From the NCBI RefSeq assembly GCF_006345805.1, contig NC_043006.1, forward strand, positions 101,618,001 through 101,682,000: DNA of 64,000 bases, written 5' to 3'. The translations under genes were made by a program, and so were the position numbers. The DNA comes from Octopus sinensis (taxonomy: Eukaryota). This document shows positions 62,949 through 64,000 of the stretch, piece after piece. The first letter of the stretch is position 1, and each line of letters starts with the position of its first letter. Under the pieces are notes generated by a model that saw nothing but the letters and a program-made list of their open reading frames with translations, had not been told where the DNA came from and did not search any database.

Positions 62949-64000
62949 TTAAATAGGTATCTGATTTTATTTATCTAGCCTCCTGTGACTTTAGTATGGA
63001 GTACTAATTATATAGGCATACAATATTGATACAACTGTCACGAAAATCTTATATTCCAATCTACTGTTCCTTGTAAATCTGCAATCTCATATCTATTTAT
63101 CTATCTGTCTGTGTGTGTGTGTGTGTGTGTGTAAGCTACAAGAATCAAATTGTGTAAACAGTATTACCTTCAGATAATTCTCTTACCTGGAAAAGATATG
63201 ACAAATGGTGACAGGAAGAGGATCCAGCTGTAAAATGCTGCTTCAGATAACTCCCCATCTAACTTACGCTAGTGTTTGGCAAAACAAATGCTAAACGAGT
63301 GGCCAGCTGAATGAAGTCAGTTTAATAGGAAATAATGTTACAGTAAATTGCAAACAAATTTATTTTGAGACTTAATCTTAAAAGGATTCACTTAAATTTA
63401 ATTATCTTATGTTTTCAAACAAAATATGATCACATTTATTTATATTTCCTATTCAAGATTTATACCATATTTGAATATTGTAATGTGAGAAGAGATGTGG
63501 TAGACCTAATCTGTTATCCAGTTTAAGCCCACCACCTGGACTTTGGTTGTGTTGAGTAGAATCCATTCAATTACAAACTTTTAGATCAAATCTCTAGTTT
63601 GAAGATAAAATGATGCATTCCTTTCAGCTGCAGAAGCCCATGGATTGTTGTTTCTCTTCATCTCCACGTATAAAGACTTGGAGGTTCTGAAAAAGTTACA
63701 GGGGCTGCCCTCTCTTTCCAACTAAGCTGTAACAAAAAGCAACAGATATCCTTATAAATATAACACAAAACAAAATCCCAAGTTTGATTAGAATCTATGT
63801 AATGTCTCTGATTTTTGGTTCTTAGTTTTGTGAGATTTTCTCATAACTATATTGATTCGTTTAGGGGTAAGATACATCCTGAAACAATTCCCCATGGGAA
63901 TTTAAAACATCTTAATGTTCAGAGTTGTAAAGACTAGCTCAGTGTAGCTGACATTTTGTTGCCCAGTTGTATTGTCTATCTTGCTATTGTATCCTTTATC

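Overview
AT-rich, microsatellite-dense eukaryotic genomic DNA with no complete protein-coding gene that I can support. The repeat repertoire (tRNA-derived SINEs with a CORE-like block, RTE-tailed retroposons ending in (GAT)n, a DD37D Tc1/mariner, TTAA-flanked MITEs) matches what I know of octopus/coleoid genomes; this assignment is inference. Most of the window looks like intron or intergenic DNA packed with SINEs and transposon fossils: a hAT transposase, a Helitron helicase and a non-autonomous Helitron, an RLE-type LINE, RTE LINE 3' ends and mariner/piggyBac-type MITEs. A few short minus-strand exon candidates have good splice signals but no recognisable product. The most striking unexplained signal is a set of minimal type I hammerhead-ribozyme motifs with self-complementary (dimer-type) stem III. 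Three are well formed (41972-42014 minus, 55062-55104 plus, 35113-35158 plus) and several more are decayed, including an inverted pair. They differ in sequence outside the core and mostly sit in short non-coding units next to dinucleotide microsatellites, as expected for Penelope-like element or retrozyme remnants. All structures and alignments were read by eye; coordinates of decayed repeats are approximate.
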